DNA of 63,273 nucleotides, the filler included, from Rhabdomonas costata (lineage: Eukaryota): the NCBI GenBank assembly GCA_019059605.1. It is 38 parts of 38 records of this genome, joined end to end, with 100 filler letters (N's around TTAATTAATTAA, not from the genome) between each part and the next. Parts side by side here need not be neighbours in the genome. Positions count along the whole stretch, not along the records: positions 1 to 1,569 come from JAHMHO010012861.1; positions 1,670 to 3,235 come from JAHMHO010012862.1; positions 3,336 to 4,903 come from JAHMHO010012863.1; positions 5,004 to 6,571 come from JAHMHO010012864.1; positions 6,672 to 8,239 come from JAHMHO010012865.1; positions 8,340 to 9,906 come from JAHMHO010012866.1; positions 10,007 to 11,575 come from JAHMHO010012867.1; 31 more parts are not named here. One strand, written 5' to 3'. Position numbers and translations under genes: made by a program. Position 1 is the stretch's first letter. Each line of letters begins with the position of its first letter. Below, in pieces: positions 1-11,675 of this stretch. The notes beneath the pieces were generated by a model. That model was not told the origin of the DNA. It searched no databases and saw only the letters and a list, made by a program, of their open reading frames with translations.

Positions 1-2
1 GT

Positions 3-1167
3 GGGGGTTTCTATCTGGACGAGCTCCTGGAGCGCCAGGACGCCACCCACAGCGTGCTGGTCGCTGAGGTGTCTGTTTTTGTATGTCGGGAGGTGTGGGG
101 GGATATTTTTCCCAGGGTTAAATCCCAGTGTTGCCTCACTGGGTTATTCGTGGACAGCTGGCCCCACACAGCCACTCATGGTGCTCAGAAGGTTGGGGGT
201 ACCTGCGCAGCCCCTTAATGTATGCCCTGCCATGATATCTTATGCGGTGCTATGACCGTGATGTGATTAACTAACTTTCAGGGAGGGGGCTGATACATGT
301 AACCTAGATTCTCTTACACTAAATAAAGTCATTTCTAGTGTGCTGGTGCATTTCACTTAATCCTTCGGAAGTTAATGATTGTAGATTTCACCACCATTTA
401 CCATTACCCCCTCCTGAAGCTTAGGTGGGAGCCATACACACTCATGCACTTGCGCTGTGGTTTTTTAGTCTGCACGGTAAAGCTTTGAAGTTGCCGTGGA
501 TGGTAGTTTACCCTCTTTACAACCGCACACTGCCGCAAATTTTACTTGCAGGTTGTTGTCTTCTGTGCTTGTGCATGGTTTGAAGGGAGGGAGCCCCACT
601 CCAGTCCGATCCAAGGTCCGCAGTCACCAGTGCTTCAATCGGTGTTCCTCTCTTGGTTATCTGCTTGCAGGATGGCGAGACGGGCCAGATTGTGGGTCTG
701 ATGTGCATGACCAGCGTGCCCGAGGACCAGCAGTACGTAGTGAAGCACTTCAGCTGCGAGCCCTTCCAGAAGCTGAAGCGGGTCCTCCCCGCCCCGGGAC
801 ACTCCGCCACTCCCACCGGCGGCACTACCGCGGCCGCCGCGGCGGCCTCGCTGAAGAACAGCTTCACCATCACCTTCTTCTACCTCAGCCCCGACTTCGA
901 GTGCCGCGCCGTGGACTTCGTGCGGGCGGGGTTCCGGGAGTTCCCTGCGGCGGAGTACGGGGTGGTGCGGCTGCCGCACAGCATCCCCGACCACCCCTTG
1001 CTGGCCACCGCGCAGTACGTCCCGCTGAAGCAGGGACTGACCCTCCGGCTGGGGTGCTTCCTGCTGTGCCGCTACGCCCTAGAGGAGCTCACGGTGCGGC
1101 CCGCGGGGCCGGAGGACGTGCAGGGCATCGCTCACCTCCTGGCCACACCGGGCGGGGACACTTCAAA
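3..1167 (+). CDS. CFAP61: Cilia- and flagella-associated protein 61, N-terminal region (2 exons, partial)
   Basis: Exons 3-68 (GGFYLDELLERQDATHSVLVAE) and 671-1167 (DGETGQIVGLMCM...NSFTITFFYLSPDFECRAVDFVRAGFREFPAAEYGVVRLPHSIPDHPLL...) join in phase 0 across a GT-AG intron 69-670. Motif order matches the CFAP61 N-terminal domain as I recall it. Confidence 0.85.
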
Positions 1168-1569
1168 GTTCGCCTCTGCCTCTCTCTCTCTCTTTGGGTG
1201 TGTAGATGTGCGTGTGTGATCTGGTTCACGGCCACGGTTGGCAGCAGAGGCTCCAGTTGAATCACAACCGGTGAGAATGAGCTTGGAAACATAGTCTGCG
1301 TTTTGAAACTTCGGTACGTACCCCAGCCAGTTCTGTGCATCCTCGAAACTGGAGAACAAGATGATTCAGCAGTTTGCCCCATCTTGCTGTGTGTGTATGT
1401 GTACAAACCTGCACTCCCGCACCGGCACCTCAAACTAAACAATTTGGGTTTATATCCGATTTTTTTACCTCGACGCCCTTCCGCAAAAGGCCCCCAATCC
1501 GAGCCCCGTGGCTAATCGCATTGCGCGAACTCACCCCGCGATGTGTGTGAAGCGGGACGGGGTGAAAAA

Positions 1570-1669
1570 NNNNNNNNNNNNNNNNNNNNNNNNNNNNNNN
1601 NNNNNNNNNNNNNTTAATTAATTAANNNNNNNNNNNNNNNNNNNNNNNNNNNNNNNNNNNNNNNNNNNN
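1570..1669. other. Artificial contig linker (first of 37): N44 + TTAATTAATTAA + N44
   Basis: Identical 100-nt spacer recurs about every 1668 nt; the 12-mer puts stops in all six frames. Confidence 0.99.
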
Positions 1670-3335
1670 ATCTAAGGGCAACAGCAGTGACACAGACGGG
1701 ACAGAGAGCAGGACACCGAACACCACACTTTTTTCGGATGAGATTATACAGAGGGGGGTGGGCACAGTCTTGCAAGAAACGCCCTGCACGCAAACGCGCG
1801 GGGTTTCCTGCAGCTCACCAGCTAGAGGGTTTGTTTTTCCTATTTTCCTATAACTCTCATTCCGGCTTTCCCCCATGCCCTGAGTTGTCTTCACCACATT
1901 CTCCTCCACGGTGTCTCCTTTGCACCTGCTGTGCGTGCCTGCGTGTCTCGTCTGTTTGTTTTGCCCCCGTTTTGGTGTACACTTGGCTCTTGAATGTACT
2001 TTGGTGCTGGTGGTGCCTGTTTTTTATCTTTTCCGTTCAAGCTTTGTGTGGCGAGCTAGCACTTTGCATTGGTTCGTGCTTTGTGTTCTGTACCTTGTGC
2101 CCACTCCCTCGCTACCCGATGTTTGCGTTGTTGCTTTTCAACCTGGCTTGCTGGAAATTTCAGTTCTGTTTGCTACCCTGCTACCATTCCTCTGTTTTCG
2201 TTGTCCGCCCTTTCTGCGAACACATTGCGATGAGGTTCATTTTGCGCCGAAGAACTCCAGGTTCGTGTTTCGCTGTGGGCATGTTGCTTCTTGGGTCTCC
2301 GCCGCTTCGGGTTGTGGCTCGTAACCATTCCGGCGCAAAACATCAAAAGCGTTCGCATCCCCCCACAAATTTTATACCGCGTAGCGCCCATTGTCTTTAA
2401 TTTTCGTTTGTTTCTCGCTGCGACGGCGTCCGAAGCTGATAGAAAACGACATTGTCTGACTCAGCCATTCTCAAGACTCCATCGCACGGCATCTCCGCAG
2501 CACCACCCCAGGCGTCCAGGAGCATCTTTGAGGGGCTCTTCGCGGGGAGCACCGCGAGAGACTCGCGAAAATACGGCTGCGCCCCGATAGAATCACGATC
2601 CATGTGCTACGTGATGCCCTTCGCGAAAGAAACGTAGGAGAACAATAAACACTGCCGAGTTCCAGTACAAGGGATTCCAACCCCGGCTCCGGCGCTTTCC
2701 CGCGTTCCCTCTCAAACCAGGTTGTGCTAAACCGTTTCAAAAATGGAGGTGGTGGCTCACGTTTTTCTTTGATTTGAATTGAAAGGTGCCGTACTCGAGA
2801 TGCCGCTCCCTCGCCCAAAAAGCAGTTGTCCACCGAGCAAACCTTCTCGAAAAGATCTACGGCTCGAAGCAGAACCGCCCGCTGGATCGGATCCCCGTGG
2901 TGCCCGTGGCACAAGAAACGGCCCGCACCAGGCGCTGTGAAAGCATGCGCCTAGCCGTGACCACTTTTGCTAATCTGGAAACCGGTACAAGTCGTTTTTG
3001 TGTACCGGGAATTTTTTTTTGGACTTGCTGGCTTTGCATGGGATTTTGTTCTTGGCTGTGAAGTTCAGGCACGCGATAGGCGGTGACCCACGTAGAAAAC
3101 AACACCCCACAAAGCACCACAAGCACTATTGCTTTCTGTCCCACCAAAGCTCCATGAAGTGAGTCAAGATTCCCATGAAAGCCCCATCCTTGAAATAGGT
3201 ATCGGGAGGGGGGGGGTGCTGGTGTTCAAAAAACCNNNNNNNNNNNNNNNNNNNNNNNNNNNNNNNNNNNNNNNNNNNNTTAATTAATTAANNNNNNNNN
3301 NNNNNNNNNNNNNNNNNNNNNNNNNNNNNNNNNNN

Positions 3336-4006
3336 TGTTTGTTGGTACTGCCGTTGCTGCTGCTGGAGTGGCTTGTGATGGGTGCCGGTGGAAGCCGCAG
3401 GCTGCTCAGCCGGCGGTGCGGCCGAGAAAGCCCGCAGCCCGCGAGGGCCGCAGAGGCTGAAGGAGAGACAGTGGCGGAGACTGGTGATGAAGACGAGGGG
3501 CTTCGCCGAAGCTCTCCGCTGCTCCGGGGGTTGGACTCCGGGCTGCTACCCGGCTCACGCAGCCCCCGCATGCAGACCGACGAGCCCCGGGTACGCTCTA
3601 GAGGGCCAAGGCTGAGGCTGTCCGAGGAGCTCGTCCCCTCTCCCAAGGTCAGAGTTGGGGAGCGGACACGGAGCTTGTATTGGCCGTCCTCCGCGGTTAC
3701 TGCAACGGCAGGTGGGCCCAGAACCAATGCAGAGGGGAAGACAAATCCCTCAGGCACTGCAGCCCTGTCGGGGGTCTTTGGGGTACTCCGCGGTAAGGGC
3801 TGGAGACGGCCCCGGGCGGGGCACCCCCCAGACGAGGGCGAGGGCTCAGTGTCAAAAGCAGCACCCATGGGAAGGTCCAAGGCTGTGGACCCACGGCGAG
3901 AATTCGGTGTGGAAACGCAGAGGCTCCGCCTCCCGGAGCCTGTGCACAGGTACACATCCCTTGACCCCATAACCACGTGGAACCGAGACGCCCCCCCCCC
4001 CACCAA
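3336..4006 (-). CDS. Hypothetical Ser/Pro/Arg-rich low-complexity exon
   Basis: Long GC-rich open frame running off the contig; no recognisable domain; the opposite strand is also open. Confidence 0.25.
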
Positions 4007-5150
4007 ACCACTATACCAGACGACTTGGTCGGTATGTGATCCTTCTCAGAGTGATGGAAGGAAAGTTCAAATCATGGGGACAGTGCTTCTTACCCCCGCA
4101 TGTGTCTCTCAACAGGCCGCAATGGTTCCCCTTACTAACGCCACCAGCAGCTCTTGCGCCTCACCTCCGCCGACACATGCGCACGGGGTGAAGGGGGGGG
4201 GGGGGTGAAAAGCAGTCGCTGTTTCAGCCACAACGATAATAACCATAAAGCATAGCATAAAAGGTGTCAGCAGGCATCTGAATGGAGTCAGATTTATTAC
4301 AATACGGCACCCAAAAGCAAAAGAAGAAAAACCTCGTCCTACCACCTCGAGTGTAATTAGCAAACCTGAGCTGCGGGCGGTGTTGGGGCATGCCAGCAGG
4401 GAGGCGGTGGACGAGGTCCTGGGGAACGTTCTGGGGGTCAGAAGGGGCTCATGGACCCTTTCCCATGCCGCCAGCTCCTGCATGGAAAACCCGCCACTCG
4501 GCCACGCCACAAGAACCCCACCTCGCAATAGATTTAGAGTCGGCTGCTCATCAACGGTCCTGCAGAGCTTACACCCCGCTGTGATGTGTGGTATCCTTCT
4601 CCAGAAATGGCTACCGAAGAGCACAAATCGGATGGAATCTGAATGCATGCTCACGGCACAGACCTGAAGAGATCCGTTCGCTGCGTGGGCATCCTTGATG
4701 ATATCTGGACATAATTAGTCAAGCCAAGGGTGTGAAATCACTACGCAACCAAATAAATGGTCAAGGCCCGCTGCTCCGCCACGAGGATCTGGCATCCAAA
4801 AATATATGATCAAAAAAAGAGTGGTCAAAAAGTCGTTGACAAAATGATTAACTGAATGATACTGATCAATTTTAAATCATTTCATCGTGACACAAACAAC
4901 AACNNNNNNNNNNNNNNNNNNNNNNNNNNNNNNNNNNNNNNNNNNNNTTAATTAATTAANNNNNNNNNNNNNNNNNNNNNNNNNNNNNNNNNNNNNNNNN
5001 NNNGGTGTTGGGTTTTCCCACGGTGATTATTCATGATTGTCTGTGATTTCAGGGGGTGCTGGGACCTGATTGTCTAACTTCCCGTGGTGGCGGAGGAACT
5101 TGCTTTGAAGTGCGGATTTGTGTCAGAGGGGGCGATATTGGGGTGTGCAG

Positions 5151-5282
5151 GGGGTTTTTGGGCAGCTGCAGGACTCCCTGATCACCAGCGTTCACTCCTC
5201 GCTGGAGGGCTTTGTGGAGAAGGGCGAGGCCGCGATGGACCAGGTTGTGTTCCATGTTCAGGCCACAGGGGTTCTCAGCCAG
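5151..5282 (+). CDS. Internal exon of unknown protein (GVFGQLQDSLITSVHSSLEGFVEKGEAAMDQVVFHVQATGVLSQ)
   Basis: tgcag acceptor, 44 GC3-rich codons, CAG|gtaatc donor. Confidence 0.55.
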
Positions 5283-5574
5283 GTAATCGCTGTCGGAGCC
5301 CCCCGTTGATTTCTGCTTTTGGGCGAAATTTTAGTGTAGGACAGGCTATTTTCGGACCGATCTTCGTCGCACCTTTTTCGTGTTGCAAGCTCTTTGCACC
5401 ATTTTTTGCACCATAGTTTGGCAGATAAAATCCCTCTGCCGTAGGAATTTTTGTGCACTCGGCGATATGTTCTTGTTTCTGGTTTACGCCCCTCATCGCA
5501 CGTTGTTGTGTGGTCTTAGGGTCGCTGCTTTTTGGATCGGTACATTTTTCCAGCACTGTTCATTTCTTTTTGTT

Positions 5575-5645
5575 GCCGAATGATGACCAACCATCAAATT
5601 GGCGTCTCTGAGAATGATGCGGACCAGTCCTCTGAAGAACTCGGC
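5575..5645 (+). ncRNA. Box C/D snoRNA candidate, copy 1
   Basis: Box C ATGATGA 5580-5586, D' CTGA 5608-5611, C' ATGATG 5614-5619, D CTGA 5632-5635; flanked by complementary gccga/tcggc; paralog at 6216. Confidence 0.75.
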
Positions 5646-6215
5646 GTTTTTTCGGGACAGTTTTTTCTTTCGAATGACGCAAGGAGAAAGCACTTGGAAA
5701 AAGGACCAGGTGACTGCTGTTGAGAAACCGTACCCTTTTTTCCTTTTCTGAAGAACAGAAGGAATGACACGAGATACTAAATGTTATGTTATGGTACATA
5801 CTTGTGTTTATGTAGAGTGGGACATTTTTTGAGCATCTTGGCATGCCAAACCGCTTGCAACGTTTTACTGATGAGATCTTAAGTCGCTGAGAGCTTGACT
5901 AATTGCGTTAATGTCCTGTTGGGTCGAATTTTTGCATGGAGTTTTTGGATGGTGATGAGCCGAAGTGCAAGCAACGCCATCTCACAGCACCATACAGTTC
6001 TGGGATTTACGAAATTTATACATCAGGTTGATTTCGTATGCTCATTTGGAGACTTTTCATTTTACTGGACCCTTGCTCAGGGCCTGCTGGTGGCAGGCCT
6101 GATTTTGTTTTGTGTAGTTCGCTTTGAGCCACGAGCTAGATCAGATCCCAAGGGTGGTCAGGTGGCTTCCAGCATTATCTGTATGGCCACTTCGGCAATG
6201 TTAATCGCAGCGTCA

Positions 6216-6284
6216 GCCGAATGATGACCACCCATCAAATTGGCGTCTCTGACAATGATGTGGATCGAACCGCTGATGGTCGGC
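6216..6284 (+). ncRNA. Box C/D snoRNA candidate, copy 2
   Basis: Box C 6221-6227, D' 6249-6252, C' 6255-6260, D 6273-6276; same D' guide (ccatcaaattggcgtct) as copy 1; gccga/tcggc flanks. Confidence 0.75.
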
Positions 6285-7056
6285 GATTGCTGTTTTCATT
6301 TTCTGGAGCTCTTTTGTGCGACTAGGGGCTTGAGTCTCCCATTCAACAAGAACGACTCACCCACCCCCACCCTCTTTGTCCATGGCTGCATCTTTGGGTG
6401 GCATAAATCCGCAAAGCCCTGCCTCCTTCGGGCCTATCCCCAGACTTTTACTCAATTGTGATCTGAACTTTTTTAACGCGGCGAACGCCTACTTTTGGAC
6501 ACCTTCAAGAGATATATTGATGGGACTTGTGTCTTCTTCTGTCTTACTTGGGACAAGGTCCCCCCCAACACNNNNNNNNNNNNNNNNNNNNNNNNNNNNN
6601 NNNNNNNNNNNNNNNTTAATTAATTAANNNNNNNNNNNNNNNNNNNNNNNNNNNNNNNNNNNNNNNNNNNNGTTGTTGGTGCGCCCTTTATCTGAGTGAG
6701 TGAGACCAATAACTGTGGTTTTGCAGGTTTTTTGGGGACATTGACTCGCGAATTGGGCGGTTTGATCGAAAATAAGGCCAAGCGAGTCGTTGCGGTCGAC
6801 TTTGGGCATTGAAGATTCACCTTTGTCTGCTCGGTGTAAGTTCGAGCGTGCTGTGCTCTGTCTCGCTCTCTCTCTGCCCCCGTTATCTTTGAAATGCTCT
6901 CTCCTCTTTCAGGTGTCTCTCCTCTTTACTATTCTTTTTGTTCTGGACATCAGCCGTTTGGGGACGGTGTACCTCAACCTGTAGTCGGGAAACTCCCTCA
7001 GCGAGCCCAACGTATTTTCGGCTCATCCTTGGCTGCCCTGCGCACCCTCCACGGCT

Positions 7057-8097
7057 GTGGGCAGGGTGCAGCTATATGCTGCCCTCGCAGCCGCCACATG
7101 CACCCTTCTCTGCCTTCTCCTCCTTCTTCCCTCCCCTCGGCCTCCCGCGGACTCCGTCCCTCTCCTGCGTCCACTCCCCCCCACTCCCCATGGCACACTG
7201 CGGCAGGACCTAAAGGATGAGCCACGCACTTTTCACGGACCTTCCCCCGCTGGGCCTGCGTTGCCGTCGGGTGATGTGGGGGCCACTTTGCCCTCTCTGA
7301 AGCGTTTTGACCTTCACCCTGGGCTCCAGCTTCCCAGGAGGCAGGCCATCGCTTTGGTTCTTCCTCGGTACTCTGTGCTAACGATGGCGGGCAACCTTAA
7401 CCTCACCGTGGTTTCTGGACTGGTTCCTGGAGTCTGGGCTGTTCCCCGGGCTCGAGAGGTGAAACGCAGCCCCAGGAAGTATATGGCGGCGAGGGTCGTG
7501 GTGCAGCTGATGATGGAGGTTTGGAGTCCCAGAATGGGTGGGTACATATACTTGGAGTTCTCGTGGTGCAGTGGGCCTGGGGGATTTTCGGGAATGGATT
7601 GATGTTTTCCACAACAGGACCGACCTTATTGCAAGTTCATCTAGACACCAACTCTTTACCAGCTCCATTGTGTGCTGGAATGTGCAATCATGGAGAAAGT
7701 ACAGTTTATGATGCAGCCTCAGTCGCAGCTTTGTCACCACCCCAGGAGCCCAACATGCTGCCCTTCTCGTTCAAGCCCGAGTTGAACACCTCCCTTGCAG
7801 TGCGGTCGTGGGTGGCCCAGCAGGAGCAGTGGTTCGACGTCGGCCTGACACTGTGCCCGTACACCGCAGCCTGGGTACAGAGCAAATGGGTGGGCGGGTG
7901 GATGAGTGGGGGTTGAGTAAACTGTGAGCTTCCTTGTGAACTCCGCTTGGTTCCCCCGCAATTCTCTTCGATGCTTTAGGTCAACCAGATCAGTGGGGTG
8001 GTGCGGCGCAGCGCGACTTTCTACCCAATCAACGCGGCACATATTCCGGAGCCCGGCCTGCCCGCCCATAAGCTGTACGACGTGGTTTACGTGGGGG
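7057..8097 (+). CDS. Type II membrane protein, putative glycosyltransferase (3 exons, partial)
   Basis: Hydrophobic anchor plus Pro-rich stem. Exons about 7057-7518, 7746-7874 and 7980-8097 join by GT-AG to give ...VVVQLMMEEPN...WFDVGLTLCPYTAAWVNQ...TFYPIN...KLYDVVYVG. True start uncertain. Confidence 0.55.
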
Positions 8098-8861
8098 GTC
8101 TGACCTGCGGCTCCCCTTGGCCCATGACGGCGGTGTGGGGGATGTGTAGCTCCGTCCTGCTCTCTCTCTTCTGTATTCTAGCAATCAGCTACAGAAAGGG
8201 AAAGGAGAGATGGTAAAGTTGGAGTTACACCCCAACAAANNNNNNNNNNNNNNNNNNNNNNNNNNNNNNNNNNNNNNNNNNNNTTAATTAATTAANNNNN
8301 NNNNNNNNNNNNNNNNNNNNNNNNNNNNNNNNNNNNNNNCCGAAATCATTCCATTCTCGGCCTGCGTTTCCCGCGTTGCCGTCATGCATCGGGTTGTTGT
8401 GCGTTCTCCACGCGACTCGAACATTTGGGGTTCACTGTTTCGGGTACTTCCGGTGCCCGGCTGTTGGATTGTTGCTGGTCTGCTTCCTGTCGAACTTCGT
8501 TCGTGGAAACAAGCACAACTGACATAGTCCATCGCCGGCGGTTATGCTGGTATGACTACCAGTGCTCCCAAAGAACGGAGACAGGGCCCAAGATAGAAGA
8601 AACTGATCGTGTTTGAAACGAGCGGAGGTTGGGTGTTTGGAAGATAAACACGAATGATGAATGATGAGTGAATTGGAGACATGAGATAAGGTACCAAATT
8701 GGGTGGAACCCCCCCCCTTTTTTTTCAATAAAGATGTTTTTTCTCTCTTCCTTCCTACCCATATTTTTACCGTTAGCTTTCTGGTTCCATTTTTGTTTTC
8801 TTCCGCTCCCAACTGTCCCAAGTTCAGATGACCCTCTCCATCTTTGGTGTCCCCTCTTCAG

Positions 8862-9609
8862 CCGTCCAACCGACGCCATCCCCCCGCCCCGTGGGCGTCG
8901 CTGTGATTCCCAGGGGCTCTTCGGATTTGGAGAAAGAATCCACAGGCACTGTGTATTCCGGATCCCGAAATCAGGAAAAATACTCCACTAGGCATAAGAA
9001 TAGCTCGGAATGGTGAATTCCAACTGAGCAGGGAGTCTTGCACTACAAGCTATTTGCTCACTTTGCTACAGTCGTTACCCCAAAACCTATAGGTGTGTCC
9101 AAGCTTTCATCTTGCAGATGTGGAGGGGTTTTGTGGCAGATAAAAGTTGCATTTAGGACAGTGGATAATGGTGAGTGTTTGGTGTTTCTTGCATATTACA
9201 AGCGAAATAAGGTCTTTCGTCGAATCCAAATGCCTGGATGTTTTTTTTGCACGCACACACAGGGCTATATCAGCAATCCCGCTCAGTGTGTATCTGTGCC
9301 TGTGTGTTGTATACCTCTATCTTCTTTCCTCTCACAGGGATGGTGCGCATCTCAGCACTCCAAGTCACCTTTGCCGCACAGCCTTTCGAGAAGCAGTGCG
9401 GGTGCCCCCTGCGAATCGTTCTGAGCCTGCGTGGCCGCCGGCTGCTCTCCCGGAAGCAACGCCCGGAGGTTGGTGGTGGGCTGGTAACCGCGAGCTGGGC
9501 CCAGGGCTGGGAGTTTCCCCTGCCCCCGAACCACAGCCAGGGCTCGGCCGTGCTGCGGCTAGAGCTGCAGGCTGTGGGGCTGTTCCGGAGCACCACGTTA
9601 GCCCTTATG
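8862..9609 (+). CDS. C2-domain-like protein fragment (exons 8862-8945, 9338-9609)
   Basis: Beta-rich pattern VRISALQV...IVLSL...ASWAQGWEFPL...LRLELQAVGLFRSTTLA. Phases match if the intron is GC-AG. Confidence 0.4.
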
Positions 9610-11043
9610 GTGCTTTTTTTCTTCGCCCTGAGCGCTTCGTTCGAGCCTTTCTTCCCGTTTCCAGAAAAAACGCCTAACGGTTGCCGGTATGTTCTCGCGG
9701 ATGCGAGATACAACCCCCACCCCGCTCCGAGACATGGTAACACTCACCCAAACACAGGTTTTGGGCTGCGCGATTGCACAATTGATATGATTGACTAAGA
9801 TTGATATGCAGTGACTAAGTCGCTTACATTTTTGTATCTGCGTTGCTCTGTGAAGAAAATAACCCTTGCCCGGCCGCTCCGACGTCGCCCCTAAACTAAT
9901 CCTGTCNNNNNNNNNNNNNNNNNNNNNNNNNNNNNNNNNNNNNNNNNNNNTTAATTAATTAANNNNNNNNNNNNNNNNNNNNNNNNNNNNNNNNNNNNNN
10001 NNNNNNGGCGGGGGTTGTGCTCTAGCAGGGTCAGGGCTTCGGTCGACGGCTGGGCAGGGTACGCGGGGACGTTGGGTGAAGTGGAGGGGCCCAGGAGCGC
10101 GACGACCTGGTTCCGGAGCTCCACAATGCTCTGGAACAGCTCTTGGGGAGCCGGCTGCCGAGACCACCCGGGTCTTTTGAGCCTGGTCAGAGGCTTCAGT
10201 CATAGGTGTAGTGCAGTGTTGGAAGGCAGAGTGTGGTGCACCACAAAGCACGAGAATGAAAGTGGGACTGTGCGCCGAGAGGGAAGAGGGGCGTGGGACA
10301 TGGGGGTTACCGCTAACAGTGGGCACTAGTGCTGCTCTTACTCGACTCTCGACTTGGCCGATTCTGTAAACTCCTGCTCGGTTCGCCACACCGTCCCTTC
10401 TTCTTGCCCTACGGGTTTGCTTGGCCGACTCTCGGCGAGCCGCGGCCTCCGCGAAACAGGAGGATGAGTTCAGGATGCACCACAGACACGTCGACAACCC
10501 GGGGAGCTTAGTCGCAGAACTCCTAGGTGCACATCCATCCTTAAAAAACCACCGTGCGGAACAGAACCTTCAAGTCTGGTTGTCCTTTCTCGGTGATGGA
10601 CGGGGTGCTACCACCCTAAGAAGATAATTTATGAAAAGTTTAGAAAGATTCAATGTCGCTCTTTGTATCTAGAATTAAAATACGATGCGGGAGACCGCCA
10701 GGGCGGGTTGAGTGTTGCTAGATCCCAGTTCAAGGGGCAGACGCCAATCTTGCGTGAAAAACTCTGTTACAGCTGTGGTGGGTTTGTTGACAGATGTCCT
10801 TTCGAAACTGGACTTTGGCATCCGTTCGTCCAAAGCGCCTTCTTGGTCATCTTACGCCACCCGCGCCTTCCACGCCAGCTAGCGTCTTATAGGCTGCAAA
10901 GCTCAACTGGCCCCCGCCAAAGTCGAGTTGTTAAGTCTTTACCTTCCTCAACCTTCCTTAATCTTTCGCCGCTTGCGTCATCAAAACACCGCAAACGTTG
11001 CAGCTATTTTTCAGCTTGTGGAGTTTCCCTCTCTTTTTGAATA

Positions 11044-11575
11044 ATGACCGTCAATGCCCTGCTGTTGTCCTTGAGCTCCAGAACCTACGATTTGTGCGTT
11101 CCTGAATTTCGCGAACTCAAGTCAACTGATGAACCCCTCCTCAGCTCCGAGATCCACCGTTATGTTTTGACACTGTCTGTCATCAACCCTCAAATCAGCC
11201 TCATTGCTGAGCTTGTCAGTGAACTTTCAAGCGATGAAAAAGGTCATTTTATTTGTTTTTCTGTGCTTACGTCTCACGTGCAAAAGTCACTCGGCATTCA
11301 CATAAGGCTGGTTCACATTCACTGAATCTCTTGCAAAATTTCACAGTGTAAGGTTTCACTTGTTTCCTACTTACATACAGGCCGAAAGCTTCGCAAGGAG
11401 ATTATCCATTGCTGCCAAGCGCACCTTCAGAGCTGCAGCCGGAAATTCTTCCGCTGCTGCGCCGCTAACGTGGTGTTCATTGCGGAGCTATTTAAAAGGG
11501 AGCTGCTTTCGGAGCGTGTAGCACTGGGCATCGCACACCGGCTGCTGTTCGGGTACCCTGCCTCGGCGGCCTACC
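11044..11575 (+). CDS. MIF4G (eIF4G middle) domain protein, partial
   Basis: Exons 11044-11242 and 11381-11575 join in phase 1: TVNALLLSLSSRTYDLCV...EKGRKLRKEIIHCCQAHL...ANVVFIAELFKRELLSERVALGIAHRLL, matching MIF4G helical motifs. Confidence 0.75.
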
Positions 11576-11675
11576 NNNNNNNNNNNNNNNNNNNNNNNNN
11601 NNNNNNNNNNNNNNNNNNNTTAATTAATTAANNNNNNNNNNNNNNNNNNNNNNNNNNNNNNNNNNNNNNNNNNNN

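Noticed and set aside
496-1260. Long overlapping ORFs such as 496-1260, 13352-13939 and 50673-51350
   Set aside because: Shadow frames of GC-rich exons whose real frame has a recognisable product.
5493-5693. IILRDANL as an APE endonuclease GDFN-like motif
   Set aside because: It is the antisense reading of the snoRNA-like repeat; no other APE motifs are present.
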